From positions 128,152-192,151 of the forward strand of contig JBFXKG010000009.1 in the NCBI GenBank assembly GCA_050174015.1: a DNA stretch of 64,000 nucleotides, written 5' to 3'. Below are positions 18,656 through 28,859 of the stretch, piece by piece; position 1 is the first letter of the stretch, and each line of letters begins with the position of its first letter. The notes under the pieces are model-generated. The model was not told the origin of the DNA, did not search any database, and worked only from the letters and a program-made list of their open reading frames with translations. The DNA comes from Candidatus Krumholzibacteriia bacterium (GTDB lineage Bacteria; Krumholzibacteriota; Krumholzibacteriia; LZORAL124-64-63). The position numbers and the translations under genes are program-made.

Positions 18656-19696
18656 ATGAAACATCCCGTACTGGATCTGCGCAGCGACACCGTGACGCGC
18701 CCCTCCGCGGCCATGCGCAAGGCGATGGCCGAGGCCGAGGTCGGCGACGACGTCTTCGGCGACGACCCCACCGTCAACCGCCTGCAGGATGAGGTCGCCG
18801 CCCTGCTGGGCAAGGAGGCCGCCCTCTACGTGCCCAGCGGCACCATGGGCAACCAGCTCGCCCTGAAGGCCCAGACGAGGCCGGGGGACCAGATCGTCCT
18901 GGAGGACGGGGCCCACATCTACCGCTACGAGGCCGGGGGCCCGGCCGCCCTCAGCGGATTGCTGGTGACCTGCGTGAAGGCCCCGGGCGGCAGGCTCGAC
19001 TGGCCCGAGGTGGCTGCGGCCCTCAACCCCCCCGACAACGTCCACTGCGCCCCGCCTGCCCTGATCTGCCTGGAGAACACGCACAACAACGCCGGCGGCC
19101 GCATCCTCCCCCAGGACAACGTCGTCCGCATCGCCGACGGCGCCCACGCCAGGGGGCTGCGGGTCCACCTGGACGGCGCCCGGCTCTGGCACGCCCACGT
19201 CGCCACCGGGTTGCCCCTCGCCGAGCTGGCGGCTCCGGTGGACACCGTGAGCGTCTGCTTCTCCAAGGGCCTGGGTGCGCCCGTGGGTTCGGTGGTGGCC
19301 GGAGACAGGGACGCCATCGTCAGGGCCCACCGCTTCCGCAAGCTCTTCGGCGGGGCGATGCGGCAGGCCGGGATCCTCGCCGCGGCGTGCCTCCACGCCC
19401 TGGAGCACAATCTGGAGCGCCTCGCGGAGGATCACGCTCACGCCGCCTTCATCGCCGCGGGCCTTGACCACCCGGCCCTGAAGGTCAATCATCCGGTGGA
19501 CACCAACATCGTGATCATCGACGTCGAGGGCGCCGGGGGCGATGCGGCCCTCCTGCGGCACCTGGAAGCCCGGGGCGTCCTCGGCGTGGGCTTCGGGCCG
19601 GGCCGCGTGCGCCTGATCCCGAACCTGGACACGCCCGCCGACGCCCTGGACCGCGTCGTGGGGGCCCTCAATTCCTTCCCGGGGGCGGATGCGTGA
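18656..19696 (+). CDS. ltaE: Low-specificity L-threonine aldolase
   Basis: [40 protein letters not shown]. Confidence 0.93.
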   Translation: MKHPVLDLRSDTVTRPSAAMRKAMAEAEVGDDVFGDDPTVNRLQDEVAALLGKEAALYVPSGTMGNQLALKAQTRPGDQIVLEDGAHIYRYEAGGPAALSGLLVTCVKAPGGRLDWPEVAAALNPPDNVHCAPPALICLENTHNNAGGRILPQDNVVRIADGAHARGLRVHLDGARLWHAHVATGLPLAELAAPVDTVSVCFSKGLGAPVGSVVAGDRDAIVRAHRFRKLFGGAMRQAGILAAACLHALEHNLERLAEDHAHAAFIAAGLDHPALKVNHPVDTNIVIIDVEGAGGDAALLRHLEARGVLGVGFGPGRVRLIPNLDTPADALDRVVGALNSFPGADA

Positions 19697-21039
19697 AGAT
19701 CGTCATCGTCGGCGCCGGCTCGGTCGGATTCCACCTCGCGGCGACCATCACCCGGCGCGAGCACGACGTCATCCTGGTGGAGAAGGATCCCGCCCTGCTC
19801 GACCAGGTGTCCGAGCACCTGGATTGCCGCCTGGTCCTGGGCAGCGGGGTCAGCCCGCAGACCCTCGGCGAGGTGGGCATGGGCAACTGCGGCCTGTTCG
19901 CGGCCGTGACGGACAAGGACGAGATCAACATCATCGCCTGCCAGACCGCCCACGCCCTCGGGGCCAAGGTCAAGGTTGCCCGGGTGCGGTCCGAGGAGTA
20001 CTACCAGGATCACCGCCTCCTGCTGGACGGCATCGACCTGGCCATCAATCCGGACCGCGAAGCCGTCCACGCCATCCGCGAGATCCTGCTCCAGACCGGC
20101 GCGACCGAGGTCCATGACCTGGCGGGCGGCAAGGTCCGCATCATCGGGGCCCGCGTGGAGGCGGATTCCCGCGTGGAGGGGCAGACCCTGTCGGACATCA
20201 ACAAGTCCCTGGGCAAGTCCATCGCCCTGGTGACCACGATCGTGCGGGGTGACACCACCCTGATCCCGCGGGGGAACACGCGCATCCTGGCGGACGACCA
20301 GGTCTTCATGGCGGGGCCCCGCAGCGTGGTGGACCGTTCCCTGATCTACTTCCGCAGCAGCAGCCGGCGGCTGACCCGGGCCATGATCGTCGGGGCCAAC
20401 GGCATGGGCCGGGAACTCGCCCGGGATCTGCTGGCCGCGGGGGTCAAGGTCAAGATCGTCGACCGCAACGAGGAAAAGTGCCGCCTGGCCAGCGAACAGC
20501 TCAGGGGCGCGCTGGTGCTCCACGGGGAGGGCACCAACAGCGAACTGCTCGACAGCGAGGGCATCCGCGAGATGGACGGTTTCGTGTCGGTGAGCGGCGA
20601 CGAGGAGACCAACATCATGGCCTGCCTGCTGGCCCATCACCTGGGGGCGGGCAAGACGGTCTGCCTGGTCAACCGTTCGGACTACGTGCCCCTGCTGCCC
20701 ATGCTGGGAGTCGATGCGGCGGTCTCGCCGCGCCTTTCCACCTCGGCCTGGATCGCCCGCTTCGTCAAGCGGGGCGCGGTCATCAGCGCCGAGAGCCTCG
20801 GTTACAGCGGCGCCGAGATCCTCCAGCTGAGGGTGGGGAAGAAGTGCACCTGGCTGGGCCGCAAGCTGCAGGAACTGGAATTCCCGCCCGACGCCATGAT
20901 CGGCGCCGTCCTCCAGCACGGGCGCGTGCTGACGCCCCGGGGCGACACGGTGCTCAAGGCCGGGGACGAGGTGGTCGTCTTCGCCCTGCCCGACCGGGCG
21001 GCCGCCGTCGAGGACTTCTTCGCGGGCGGGCATCCGTGA
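19693..21039 (+). CDS. trkA: Trk potassium uptake NAD-binding subunit
   Basis: Two RCK N/C pairs, IVGAGSVG and IVGANGMG; 448 aa; adjacent to trkH. Confidence 0.93.
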   Translation: MKIVIVGAGSVGFHLAATITRREHDVILVEKDPALLDQVSEHLDCRLVLGSGVSPQTLGEVGMGNCGLFAAVTDKDEINIIACQTAHALGAKVKVARVRSEEYYQDHRLLLDGIDLAINPDREAVHAIREILLQTGATEVHDLAGGKVRIIGARVEADSRVEGQTLSDINKSLGKSIALVTTIVRGDTTLIPRGNTRILADDQVFMAGPRSVVDRSLIYFRSSSRRLTRAMIVGANGMGRELARDLLAAGVKVKIVDRNEEKCRLASEQLRGALVLHGEGTNSELLDSEGIREMDGFVSVSGDEETNIMACLLAHHLGAGKTVCLVNRSDYVPLLPMLGVDAAVSPRLSTSAWIARFVKRGAVISAESLGYSGAEILQLRVGKKCTWLGRKLQELEFPPDAMIGAVLQHGRVLTPRGDTVLKAGDEVVVFALPDRAAAVEDFFAGGHP

Positions 21040-22484
21040 ACCTCAGGGCGGTCGTCAAGGTCCTGGGCTTCCTGATGCTGGTGACGGCCGTCTGCCTGCT
21101 GCTGCCGGCGATCGTCTCCCTCCTGTACGGCGAGGGCGACTGGGTCTGGTTCCTGGCCGCGGCGGGCATCGGGTCGGCCGTCGGAGGGGTCCCGCTGTTC
21201 CTGCTCAGGGGTGCGCCCGACCTGCGGATCCGGGAGGGCTTCGCGGTGGTGGCCCTGGGCTGGCTCTGCGTCGGCCTGCTGGGCGCGGTGCCGGGCTGGC
21301 TCAGCGGGCAGATGCCCTCGTTCACCGACGCGGTCTTCGAGTCCATCTCGGGCTTCACCACCACCGGGGCCACCATCCTCACCGACATCGAGAGCCGCAC
21401 CCACGGCACCCTGTTCTGGCGGGCCCTGACCCACTGGCTGGGGGGCATGGGGATCGTGCTGCTGGCCCTGGCCATCCTGCCCCTGCTGGGCGTGGGGGGG
21501 ATGCAGCTCTTCCGGGCCGAGGTCCCCGGTCCGGTGGCCGAGCGCCTGACCCCGCGCATCCGGGAAACGGCCAAGCTCCTGTGGGGGGTCTACTTCCTGC
21601 TGACGGTCCTGGAGATCCTGGCCCTGGTGGCCGCCGGAATGAGCTTCTTCGACGCCTCCTGCCACGCCTTCGCCACCATGGCCACGGGGGGATTCAGCAA
21701 CCTCAACGCCAGCGTCGGCGGCTACGCCAGCCCTGCGGTGGAATGGATCGTCATCGTCTTCATGATCCTCGCCGGCACGAACTTCTCCCTGCACTACCTG
21801 GCCCTCACCGGCCGCTGGCGGATCTACGGCCGGGACGAGGAATTCCGCTTCTATGCGGGGATCATCCTGCTCTGCACGCTGCTCTTGACGGCGGTCCTGG
21901 CGCCCATCCACTTCTACGGGTCGACCGGGGAGACCGTCCGGCGGGCGATGTTCCAGGTGGTTTCCATCCTGACCACCACCGGTTTCGGGACGGCCGACTA
22001 CCTGCAGTGGCCCCCGCTGGCCCACGCCCTGCTCCTGGTGCTGATGGCCGTCGGCGGATGCGCCGGCTCCACCGGCGGGGGCATCAAGGTCATGCGGGTT
22101 TTGATCCTTTTCCGCCACGCCAAGGTGGAATTGCGGCGGATCCTTCATCCCCGGGCCGTCTTCACCCTCTGGTTCAACGACCGGCCGCTGTCGCCGGCCG
22201 TCCAGACCAACGTGCTTGGCTTCTTCCTCCTCTTCATGCTTGTTTATGTGGGCGGCGTCCTGATCCTGACCCTTGGCGGCCGGGATCTGGTGACCAGCGT
22301 GGGGGCGACCGCCGCCACCCTCGGCAACATCGGACCCGGGCTGGGCCTGGTGGGGCCGGCCGGCAACTACGCCGGGCTGCTTCCCTGGGAGAAGTGGCTG
22401 CTGATGCTGTTCATGCTGATCGGCCGGCTCGAGATCTTCACGGTCCTGGTCCTCTTCCTGCCGGGCGCCTGGCGGCGCAGTTGA
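21036..22484 (+). CDS. trkH: Trk potassium uptake membrane subunit
   Basis: SGFTTTGAT, ATGGFS, TTTGF, GSTGGGIK, GNIGPG, GRLEIF. Confidence 0.95.
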   Translation: MNLRAVVKVLGFLMLVTAVCLLLPAIVSLLYGEGDWVWFLAAAGIGSAVGGVPLFLLRGAPDLRIREGFAVVALGWLCVGLLGAVPGWLSGQMPSFTDAVFESISGFTTTGATILTDIESRTHGTLFWRALTHWLGGMGIVLLALAILPLLGVGGMQLFRAEVPGPVAERLTPRIRETAKLLWGVYFLLTVLEILALVAAGMSFFDASCHAFATMATGGFSNLNASVGGYASPAVEWIVIVFMILAGTNFSLHYLALTGRWRIYGRDEEFRFYAGIILLCTLLLTAVLAPIHFYGSTGETVRRAMFQVVSILTTTGFGTADYLQWPPLAHALLLVLMAVGGCAGSTGGGIKVMRVLILFRHAKVELRRILHPRAVFTLWFNDRPLSPAVQTNVLGFFLLFMLVYVGGVLILTLGGRDLVTSVGATAATLGNIGPGLGLVGPAGNYAGLLPWEKWLLMLFMLIGRLEIFTVLVLFLPGAWRRS

Positions 22485-22526
22485 CGGCCGGGGCCGGTCC
22501 CCGCGAATGCAAGGAGCGACGGAATC

Positions 22527-23405
22527 ATGGCGGACGACAGGCTCGAACTCTCACGGCCCGAGTGGGCCCTGGATCCCACGCTGGCCGCCGACAGGTGCGC
22601 CGAGTTCATCCGCGGGGTCCTGGACCGATCGGGGCACGGGCGGCTCGTGGTGGGCCTGTCCGGCGGGATCGACTCGGCGGTGGCTGCGGGCCTGGCGGCA
22701 CGGGCGATCGGTGCGCAGAACCTGCTGGGAGTCCTCATGCCTTACGCCACCAGCTCGGCGGCCTCGGTCGCCGACGCCCAGGCGGTGGCCGAGACCCTGG
22801 GGATGCCCATCGAGACGGAGCCCGTCACGCCCATGGCCGACGCCTTCCTGGCGGGGATTCCGGCCAACGAGAAGGTCCGTCGGGGCAACGTGATGGCCCG
22901 CTGCCGGATGATCGTGCTCTATGACCGGTCCGTCCGCGAGCAGGCCCTGGTCCTGGGCACGGGGAACCGCACCGAGAGCCTGCTGGGCTACACGACCATG
23001 TACGGGGACAACGCCTGCGCCCTGAATCCCGTCGGCCAGCTGTACAAAACCGAGATCCGGCTGCTTTCCCGGTGGCTGGGCCTGCCCGAGGCGCTCTTGC
23101 GGAAGGCTCCCAGCGCGGACCTCTGGGAGGGGCAGGCCGACGAGGACGAACTGGGGGTGACCTACGCCGAGGTGGATCGCCTGCTGCACCACATGGTGGA
23201 CCGGGGGCTCGGCCGCCAGCAGCTCGCTTCGCTGGGCTTCGCACCGGACCTGGTGGACCGCATCGCCCGGCGGGTGCGCGGGATGGCCTTCAAGCGGCAG
23301 ACGCCCCCGGTGGCGCAGATCCCCGGGAGGGTCGATCCGGACCGGACGGAGATTCCCGCCCTGGCCGAGGAGGGCGGCGGCTTCGCGGACGGGGGCTTCC
23401 ATTGA
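22527..23405 (+). CDS. nadE: NH3-dependent NAD+ synthetase
   Basis: GLSGGIDS, GNVMAR, GTGNRTE, APSADLW..Q.DE; no glutaminase domain. Confidence 0.93.
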   Translation: MADDRLELSRPEWALDPTLAADRCAEFIRGVLDRSGHGRLVVGLSGGIDSAVAAGLAARAIGAQNLLGVLMPYATSSAASVADAQAVAETLGMPIETEPVTPMADAFLAGIPANEKVRRGNVMARCRMIVLYDRSVREQALVLGTGNRTESLLGYTTMYGDNACALNPVGQLYKTEIRLLSRWLGLPEALLRKAPSADLWEGQADEDELGVTYAEVDRLLHHMVDRGLGRQQLASLGFAPDLVDRIARRVRGMAFKRQTPPVAQIPGRVDPDRTEIPALAEEGGGFADGGFH

Positions 23406-24130
23406 TCACCCTTCAGGTCCCCGAGCAGGACGTCCCCGGGGGGGTCTGCCACTTCGTGGCGACGCCCATCGGGAACCTGGCCGACATCGGCCTGCGGGCC
23501 CTGGGGGTCCTGGCCGGGGTCGACGTGATCTACGCCGAGGACACCCGGCACACCCAGAGGCTGCTCCAGCGGTACGGGCTGAGGGTCCCCCTGTCGTCCT
23601 ACCACGACCACAACAAGGTCCGCGCGGTGCCGCTCATCGTCGAGCGGCTGCGGGCCGGCCACCGGGTGGCCGTGGTCAGCGACGCGGGCATGCCCTGCAT
23701 CAACGATCCGGGCTTCACCCTGGTCCGGGCCCTGCAGGAAGAGGGCCTGCCCTGGACCGTGATCCCCGGCCCTTCCAGCACCCTTGCCGCCCTGGTGCTC
23801 AGCGGATTCTCACCGGACAGATTCCTGTTCGTGGGGTATCCTCCCCGCAAGAAGGGCCAGCGCCGGACTTTCCTGGAGGATCTGCTCGCCGAGCGGGGAA
23901 CGGTCCTGATGCTGGAATCCTGTCACCGCATCGTTTCGACCCTGGAGATGCTGGCCGAGGTCGCCCCCGGGCGCCCGGTCGCCGTCGCCCGGGAAATCAC
24001 CAAGTTGCACGAGGAGACCCTGCGGGGCACCCCCGCGGAGGTCCTCCCCCTGATGACCGGCCGGCGCCTCAAGGGTGAACTGGTGCTGGCGCTTCAGGGC
24101 AGCGGGGGCAAGACGCCTCGGGAGCCGTGA
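23402..24130 (+). CDS. rsmI: 16S rRNA (cytidine1402-2'-O)-methyltransferase
   Basis: ATPIGNL, AEDTRHT, VSDAGMPCINDPG, REITKLHEE; start uncertain. Confidence 0.92.
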   Translation: MITLQVPEQDVPGGVCHFVATPIGNLADIGLRALGVLAGVDVIYAEDTRHTQRLLQRYGLRVPLSSYHDHNKVRAVPLIVERLRAGHRVAVVSDAGMPCINDPGFTLVRALQEEGLPWTVIPGPSSTLAALVLSGFSPDRFLFVGYPPRKKGQRRTFLEDLLAERGTVLMLESCHRIVSTLEMLAEVAPGRPVAVAREITKLHEETLRGTPAEVLPLMTGRRLKGELVLALQGSGGKTPREP

Positions 24131-24768
24131 TGGACTTCGCCGCCTTCAAGAAGAACGCCCGGAGCCGGGTGCGCCCGGTGGTCCTGTCCCTGGACCGGAT
24201 GGGCATGACGCCCCTGGGAGTCTCGATCACCGGCCTATTGATCACCGCGCTGAGCGGGTTGATCGTGGCGCGGGGCAGCCTGTTCTGGGGGGCGGTCGTG
24301 TTCCTGCTGGGATCGGCCTTCGACATGCTGGACGGCGACCTGGCCCGCCTGCAGGGGACCGTGTCGGCCCGGGGCGCCTTCCTCGACTCCTGCTTCGACC
24401 GCCTGGGCGAGGCCTTCCTCTTCGCCGGGCTGACCTGGTACTTCGCCACCCGGGAGGGTGGCGCCCAGCCGTTGCCCCTGCTGCTGATCACCGGGGTGGT
24501 CGTGGGCAGCCTGACCACCAGCTACGTGCGGGCCCGGGCCGAGGGCGTGGGGGAGACCTGCACCGTCGGGTTCCTCCAGCGGACCGAGCGGGTCATCCTG
24601 CTGAGCGCCGCCATGTTCCTGGGGCGGTGGGCCCTGGTCCCGGTGCTGGCCTTCCTGGCCGTGGCCACCCTGTTCACCACGGCGCAGCGCATGGTTCACG
24701 TCGCAGCCAAGCTGAGCGGTCCCCGGCCCCGGGCCGGTTCCCCGGCGGGGGGGGAGGACCGGGAATGA
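24127..24768 (+). CDS. CDP-alcohol phosphatidyltransferase family protein
   Basis: DMLDGDLAR...GAFLDSCFDR signature; SYVRARAE. Confidence 0.9.
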   Translation: MMDFAAFKKNARSRVRPVVLSLDRMGMTPLGVSITGLLITALSGLIVARGSLFWGAVVFLLGSAFDMLDGDLARLQGTVSARGAFLDSCFDRLGEAFLFAGLTWYFATREGGAQPLPLLLITGVVVGSLTTSYVRARAEGVGETCTVGFLQRTERVILLSAAMFLGRWALVPVLAFLAVATLFTTAQRMVHVAAKLSGPRPRAGSPAGGEDRE

Positions 24769-25436
24769 AGGTCGCCGCGGAACGTCCCGGGGCGTCCGAT
24801 CACCGGGGCCTGCTGATCACCTTCGAGGGTCCCGAGGGCAGCGGCAAGACCACGCTGATCCAGGCCATCACCCGCCGTCTGGTCGCCGCCGGGGAGGAAC
24901 CCCAGCTGCTGCGCGAGCCGGGCGGGACGGACATCGGGGAACGGATCAGGAACATTCTGCTTGATCCTGCGTCAGAAGGCATGGCGGCCGAGACCGAGCT
25001 GCTCCTGATGGTGGCCAGCCGGGCCCAGCTGGTCAGGGAGAAGATCAACCCCGCCCTCGAGGCCGGCATGATCGTCCTGTGCGACCGGTTCGCCGACGCC
25101 TCGGTGGCCTACCAGGGTTTCGGCCGCGGGCTGGGCGAGAAGACGGTGCACGAGCTGAACGCCTTCGCGCTGGGCGGGACCGTCCCCGACCTGACGCTCC
25201 TGTGCCTGCTGCCCCCGGCCGAGGGCCAGGAGCGCCTGACCGAGCGGGTGCGCGACCGGCTCGACGCCGAGAGCCTGGAATTCCACCAGCGGGTGTACGA
25301 GGCCTACCAGGGGATGGCGGCCGCGGGCGATTTGCGTTTTAAAGTGGTGGATGCCTCGGCATCCCCGGAAGGAATGCTGGAGCAGGCCCTGGGGCACCTG
25401 AAAAGGTTGGAACACGGATTGCTTAAATACCTTTAA
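24765..25436 (+). CDS. tmk: Thymidylate kinase
   Basis: ITFEGPEGSGKTT, REPGGT, CDRF..SVAYQG. Confidence 0.95.
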   Translation: MKVAAERPGASDHRGLLITFEGPEGSGKTTLIQAITRRLVAAGEEPQLLREPGGTDIGERIRNILLDPASEGMAAETELLLMVASRAQLVREKINPALEAGMIVLCDRFADASVAYQGFGRGLGEKTVHELNAFALGGTVPDLTLLCLLPPAEGQERLTERVRDRLDAESLEFHQRVYEAYQGMAAAGDLRFKVVDASASPEGMLEQALGHLKRLEHGLLKYL

Positions 25437-25531
25437 CCGTTGCCGCACCCGAGCCCCCCGCCGGCCCGGAGCCGGATCCCGGCCGACCCTAACATCCCTG
25501 GCGACGGGGAGTTGCCGTAAAGGAACAAGCC

Positions 25532-27295
25532 ATGAGACATCCCCTCCGAACCCGGCCCGGATTGCGGGCGCCGGCCTTCCGGCCCCTGCTGATCGCCCTG
25601 GCCACGGCCTTTTTTGCCCTGGCCGGAGCCGCGATCGTCCCGGCCCAGGAACCGGCGCGGACCGACGATCCCGCGGCGAGGCGCAGGGAGTTCTACGAGA
25701 ACCTCAAGATCCTGGGCGACGTCTACGAGCGGGTCATCAACAACTACGTGGACGAGATGGATCCCCACGAGGTCATGGAGGGGGCTGTCAACGGGATGCT
25801 GGAACTGCTGGACGAGCATTCCAACTACCTGCCGCCGGTGAACTACGAGGACCTGATGACCAGCACCGAGGGGGAGTTCGGGGGCCTGGGCATCTCCATC
25901 AACATCCGTGACCACTACCCCACCGTCGTTTCCCCCATCGAGGGCACGCCCGCCTACTACATGGGCATCCAGGGCGGCGACCAGATCATCGAGATCGAGG
26001 GGGAGAGCAGCCGCGACATGACCAGCCGCGACGCGGTGAAGCTGCTGCGGGGCACGCCGGGGACCAAGGTGAACATCACGATCCAGCGCCCGGGCCGGGA
26101 GGATCCCATCCCCCTGACCATCACCAGGGACGTCATCAAGCTGGAAAGCGTTCCCTACGGCTTCATGATGGGGGACATCGGCTACATCCGCATCCAGAAC
26201 TTCGCCCGCACCACGCGGGAGGAGCTCAAGACGAAGCTGGACGATCTGACCGCCCGCAACATGCGGGGCCTGATCCTGGACCTGCGGTTCAATCCGGGGG
26301 GGTTGCTCGAGTCCGCCCAGGGCGTGAGCGAGCTCTTCCTGGAGAGGGACAAGCTGATCGTGTTCACCCAGGGGCGGCTGCGTTCGCAGAACCAGCAGTT
26401 CTTCAGCCAGGCCCGCGGCAAGGTCTACAACCAGGTGCCGTTGATCGTGCTGATCAACGGGTCGTCGGCCTCGGCCAGCGAGATCGTCTCGGCGGCCATC
26501 CAGGACCACGACGCCGGCCTGGTCGTGGGCCAGACCTCCTTCGGCAAGGGTTCGGTGCAGACGGTCTTCCGGCTGGACGAGGACGAGGCCCTGAAGCTGA
26601 CGACCGCGCGCTACTACACGCCCAGCGGCCGCTCGATCCACAAGGACCGGCCGCGGAATCCCCACGGCGATGAGCTGGCTTTCGATGAGAACGGCGAGCC
26701 GGTCGCCGATGCCGAGCCCCTGGACAAACCCGCGGCGGAGAAGGAAGTCGAGCGGTTCCAGAAGGACAAGTACTACACCGACAGCGGGCGGGTGGTCTAC
26801 GGCGGCGGGGGCATCACTCCCGACATCGAGATCGACCAGGACTTCCTGACCGACTTCGAGGTGGCGGTCGAGCGGGACGGGGCCCTGTTCAGCTTCGCGG
26901 TGGACCTGGCCGCCCAGCTCGATCCCATCCCCGAGGATTTCACCGTGTCCGAGCAGGTGTTCCGCGACTTCGGGACCTTCCTCGAGGGCAGGGAGAACAT
27001 CGACGAGTACCTGGGGGTCTTCGACCTGACCATGAGCGACTCCCTGCTGGAGGCCAACCGGGAGTTCATCGACCGCGGCATCCGCCGGGAGGTGGCGCGG
27101 CGCGGGTTCGGGCAGGAAGCGGCCTACCGGGTGGCCATCGAGGCCGACGTCCAGCTGCACCACGCCCTGGAGCTGTTCAGCAAGGCCAAGACCCTGCCGG
27201 AGCTGCTGGCCCTGGCCGAGGAGTGGAACAACGAGCAGATGAAGCAGCTGGCCGCTGAGACCAATCCGCCGGCCGGAGGCGCCGTCTCGAACTGA
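25532..27295 (+). CDS. S41 family C-terminal processing protease (CtpA-like) with PDZ domain
   Basis: GEFGGLG, DLRFNPGG, SASASEI, FGKGSVQ, ARYYTPSGR. Confidence 0.93.
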   Translation: MRHPLRTRPGLRAPAFRPLLIALATAFFALAGAAIVPAQEPARTDDPAARRREFYENLKILGDVYERVINNYVDEMDPHEVMEGAVNGMLELLDEHSNYLPPVNYEDLMTSTEGEFGGLGISINIRDHYPTVVSPIEGTPAYYMGIQGGDQIIEIEGESSRDMTSRDAVKLLRGTPGTKVNITIQRPGREDPIPLTITRDVIKLESVPYGFMMGDIGYIRIQNFARTTREELKTKLDDLTARNMRGLILDLRFNPGGLLESAQGVSELFLERDKLIVFTQGRLRSQNQQFFSQARGKVYNQVPLIVLINGSSASASEIVSAAIQDHDAGLVVGQTSFGKGSVQTVFRLDEDEALKLTTARYYTPSGRSIHKDRPRNPHGDELAFDENGEPVADAEPLDKPAAEKEVERFQKDKYYTDSGRVVYGGGGITPDIEIDQDFLTDFEVAVERDGALFSFAVDLAAQLDPIPEDFTVSEQVFRDFGTFLEGRENIDEYLGVFDLTMSDSLLEANREFIDRGIRREVARRGFGQEAAYRVAIEADVQLHHALELFSKAKTLPELLALAEEWNNEQMKQLAAETNPPAGGAVSN

Positions 27296-27317
27296 GGCTG
27301 CGACCCCCGGACCCCGA

Positions 27318-27356
27318 TGGAAGAAGCCCGCCCCCATCGGGGACGGGCTTCTTCCA
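27318..27356. terminator. Bidirectional terminator-like hairpin between convergent genes
   Basis: TGGAAGAAGCCCG / CGGGCTTCTTCCA perfect 13-bp arms plus an inner CCCC/GGGG stem. Confidence 0.7.
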
Positions 27357-27374
27357 CTTCGATCGGACGTACGG

Positions 27375-28370
27375 TCAGGGGGCGCCCACGGCGGCGCCCA
27401 GGCACAATTCGTCCAGGACCTCCACCAGCCGGCCGAACTGGGGCTTGCTGAGATAGGAGTCCGCGCCCACGGTCTCGCACTTGCGCGCGATCTGTTCGTT
27501 GATCAGCGAACTGAAGAGGATGACCGGCGTCTCCTTGAGCCCCAGGGTTTCCTTGCAGTGGCGGCACAGGGCCAGGCCGTCCATCTTCGGCATCTCGATG
27601 TCGCTGACCAGCCCCGCGAGATGATCCCGGAGGTCGCCGCCCTCGGCCCGGATCCGGGCGACGAGGTCGCTGATGGCCTGGCAGCACTCGGCCCCGTTGG
27701 CGAAGGTTCGCACCTTGACGTAGTTGCCCCGGCCCAGTTCCTGGACCAGCAGTTCCCTGATGATCCCCGAGTCCTCGGCCAGGTAGATCATGGCCTCGGC
27801 GCGCTGCGGGCGCAGGGGGTCGTTCTCGTCGACGTCCACCTGGTGGCGCTTCAGGTCGGTGGGCAGGATCTCCCCGACGACCTTCTCCATGTCCACGATG
27901 AGGATCTCGTTGTCCTTGATGTTGAGCGAGCCGGTGAACTTGCTGTCCGGGGTGTCGAGGAAGGGACTCAGGGGGCTGATCTGCCGCCAGGAGATCCGGT
28001 GGATCCGGTCGACGCCGTCCACCAGGAAGGCGGTCTTCCGCTCGTTGAACTCCATCACCAGGACCAGCTTGGAATCCAGGTCGCCGTCGTCTCCCGTCCC
28101 GACCCCTGCGGCCCGCTTTGCGGTCCTCACTCCCGCCGCCGATTCGAGGTGCTTGCCGAGATCGACCAGGGTGATGCACTGGTCCCGGAACAGGATCGTG
28201 CCGATCACGGCCCGGTGGGCGAGCTGGAGTCGAGTGAGGCGGGCAGGATCGAACTGCTCGATGGCCTGGATCTTCAGGACGTTCACCCCGAAGGACTGCC
28301 CTCCGAGGATGAACTCCAGGATCTCGACCTCGTTGGTCCCTGATTCGAGTAGGATTCCGTCTTTCTGCAT
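27375..28370 (-). CDS. cheV: Chemotaxis protein CheV (CheW + receiver)
   Basis: ILLESGTNEVEILEF, FGVNVLKI; receiver SDIEMPKMDG. Confidence 0.9.
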   Translation of the reverse strand: MQKDGILLESGTNEVEILEFILGGQSFGVNVLKIQAIEQFDPARLTRLQLAHRAVIGTILFRDQCITLVDLGKHLESAAGVRTAKRAAGVGTGDDGDLDSKLVLVMEFNERKTAFLVDGVDRIHRISWRQISPLSPFLDTPDSKFTGSLNIKDNEILIVDMEKVVGEILPTDLKRHQVDVDENDPLRPQRAEAMIYLAEDSGIIRELLVQELGRGNYVKVRTFANGAECCQAISDLVARIRAEGGDLRDHLAGLVSDIEMPKMDGLALCRHCKETLGLKETPVILFSSLINEQIARKCETVGADSYLSKPQFGRLVEVLDELCLGAAVGAP

Positions 28371-28397
28371 GCCTGGACCCTCTCCTCGGAGTCGACG

Positions 28398-28742
28398 TCA
28401 GCCGACGAGACTGAACTTGTGCATGACTTCCTCCAGCAGGTATCCGTCTTCGCCGGCCAGGTTGATGAACTTGAACCCGACGCGGTAGAAGCTGGGATTC
28501 TTGTCCTGGTTGCACCAGACCGCCTCGGCCTCGACGTTGATGTCGGAGCGGTTGTGGACCATGACGGGCAGGTTCAGGCGGACCTGGAAGCGGCGGCCCG
28601 GAGCCACCGACCGGCCGGTGACGAGCATCATGCCGTTGCAGGTGATATCGACGATCCGCCCCATGACCTGGCCGGACTCTTCGTCCAGGGCGCGGACCAG
28701 GTGGGGAGTGTTCTTGCGGGGTCTGCGGCGCATGTCCACCAT
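28398..28742 (-). CDS. PilZ domain protein
   Basis: RRRPR (RxxxR) and DITCNG (DxSxxG-like); VWC...YRVGFKF. Confidence 0.8.
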   Translation of the reverse strand: MVDMRRRPRKNTPHLVRALDEESGQVMGRIVDITCNGMMLVTGRSVAPGRRFQVRLNLPVMVHNRSDINVEAEAVWCNQDKNPSFYRVGFKFINLAGEDGYLLEEVMHKFSLVG

Positions 28743-28859
28743 GGGCGTTCCTTTCGGGAATTGGGTTGTCGGCCTAAGGATCGGCGCGGACCGCTCCGAC
28801 TTGAGTCCCAAAGCGGGACCGGACTTGTCCGGCGCCGGGGTCGGATGTATCCTGGGCCC

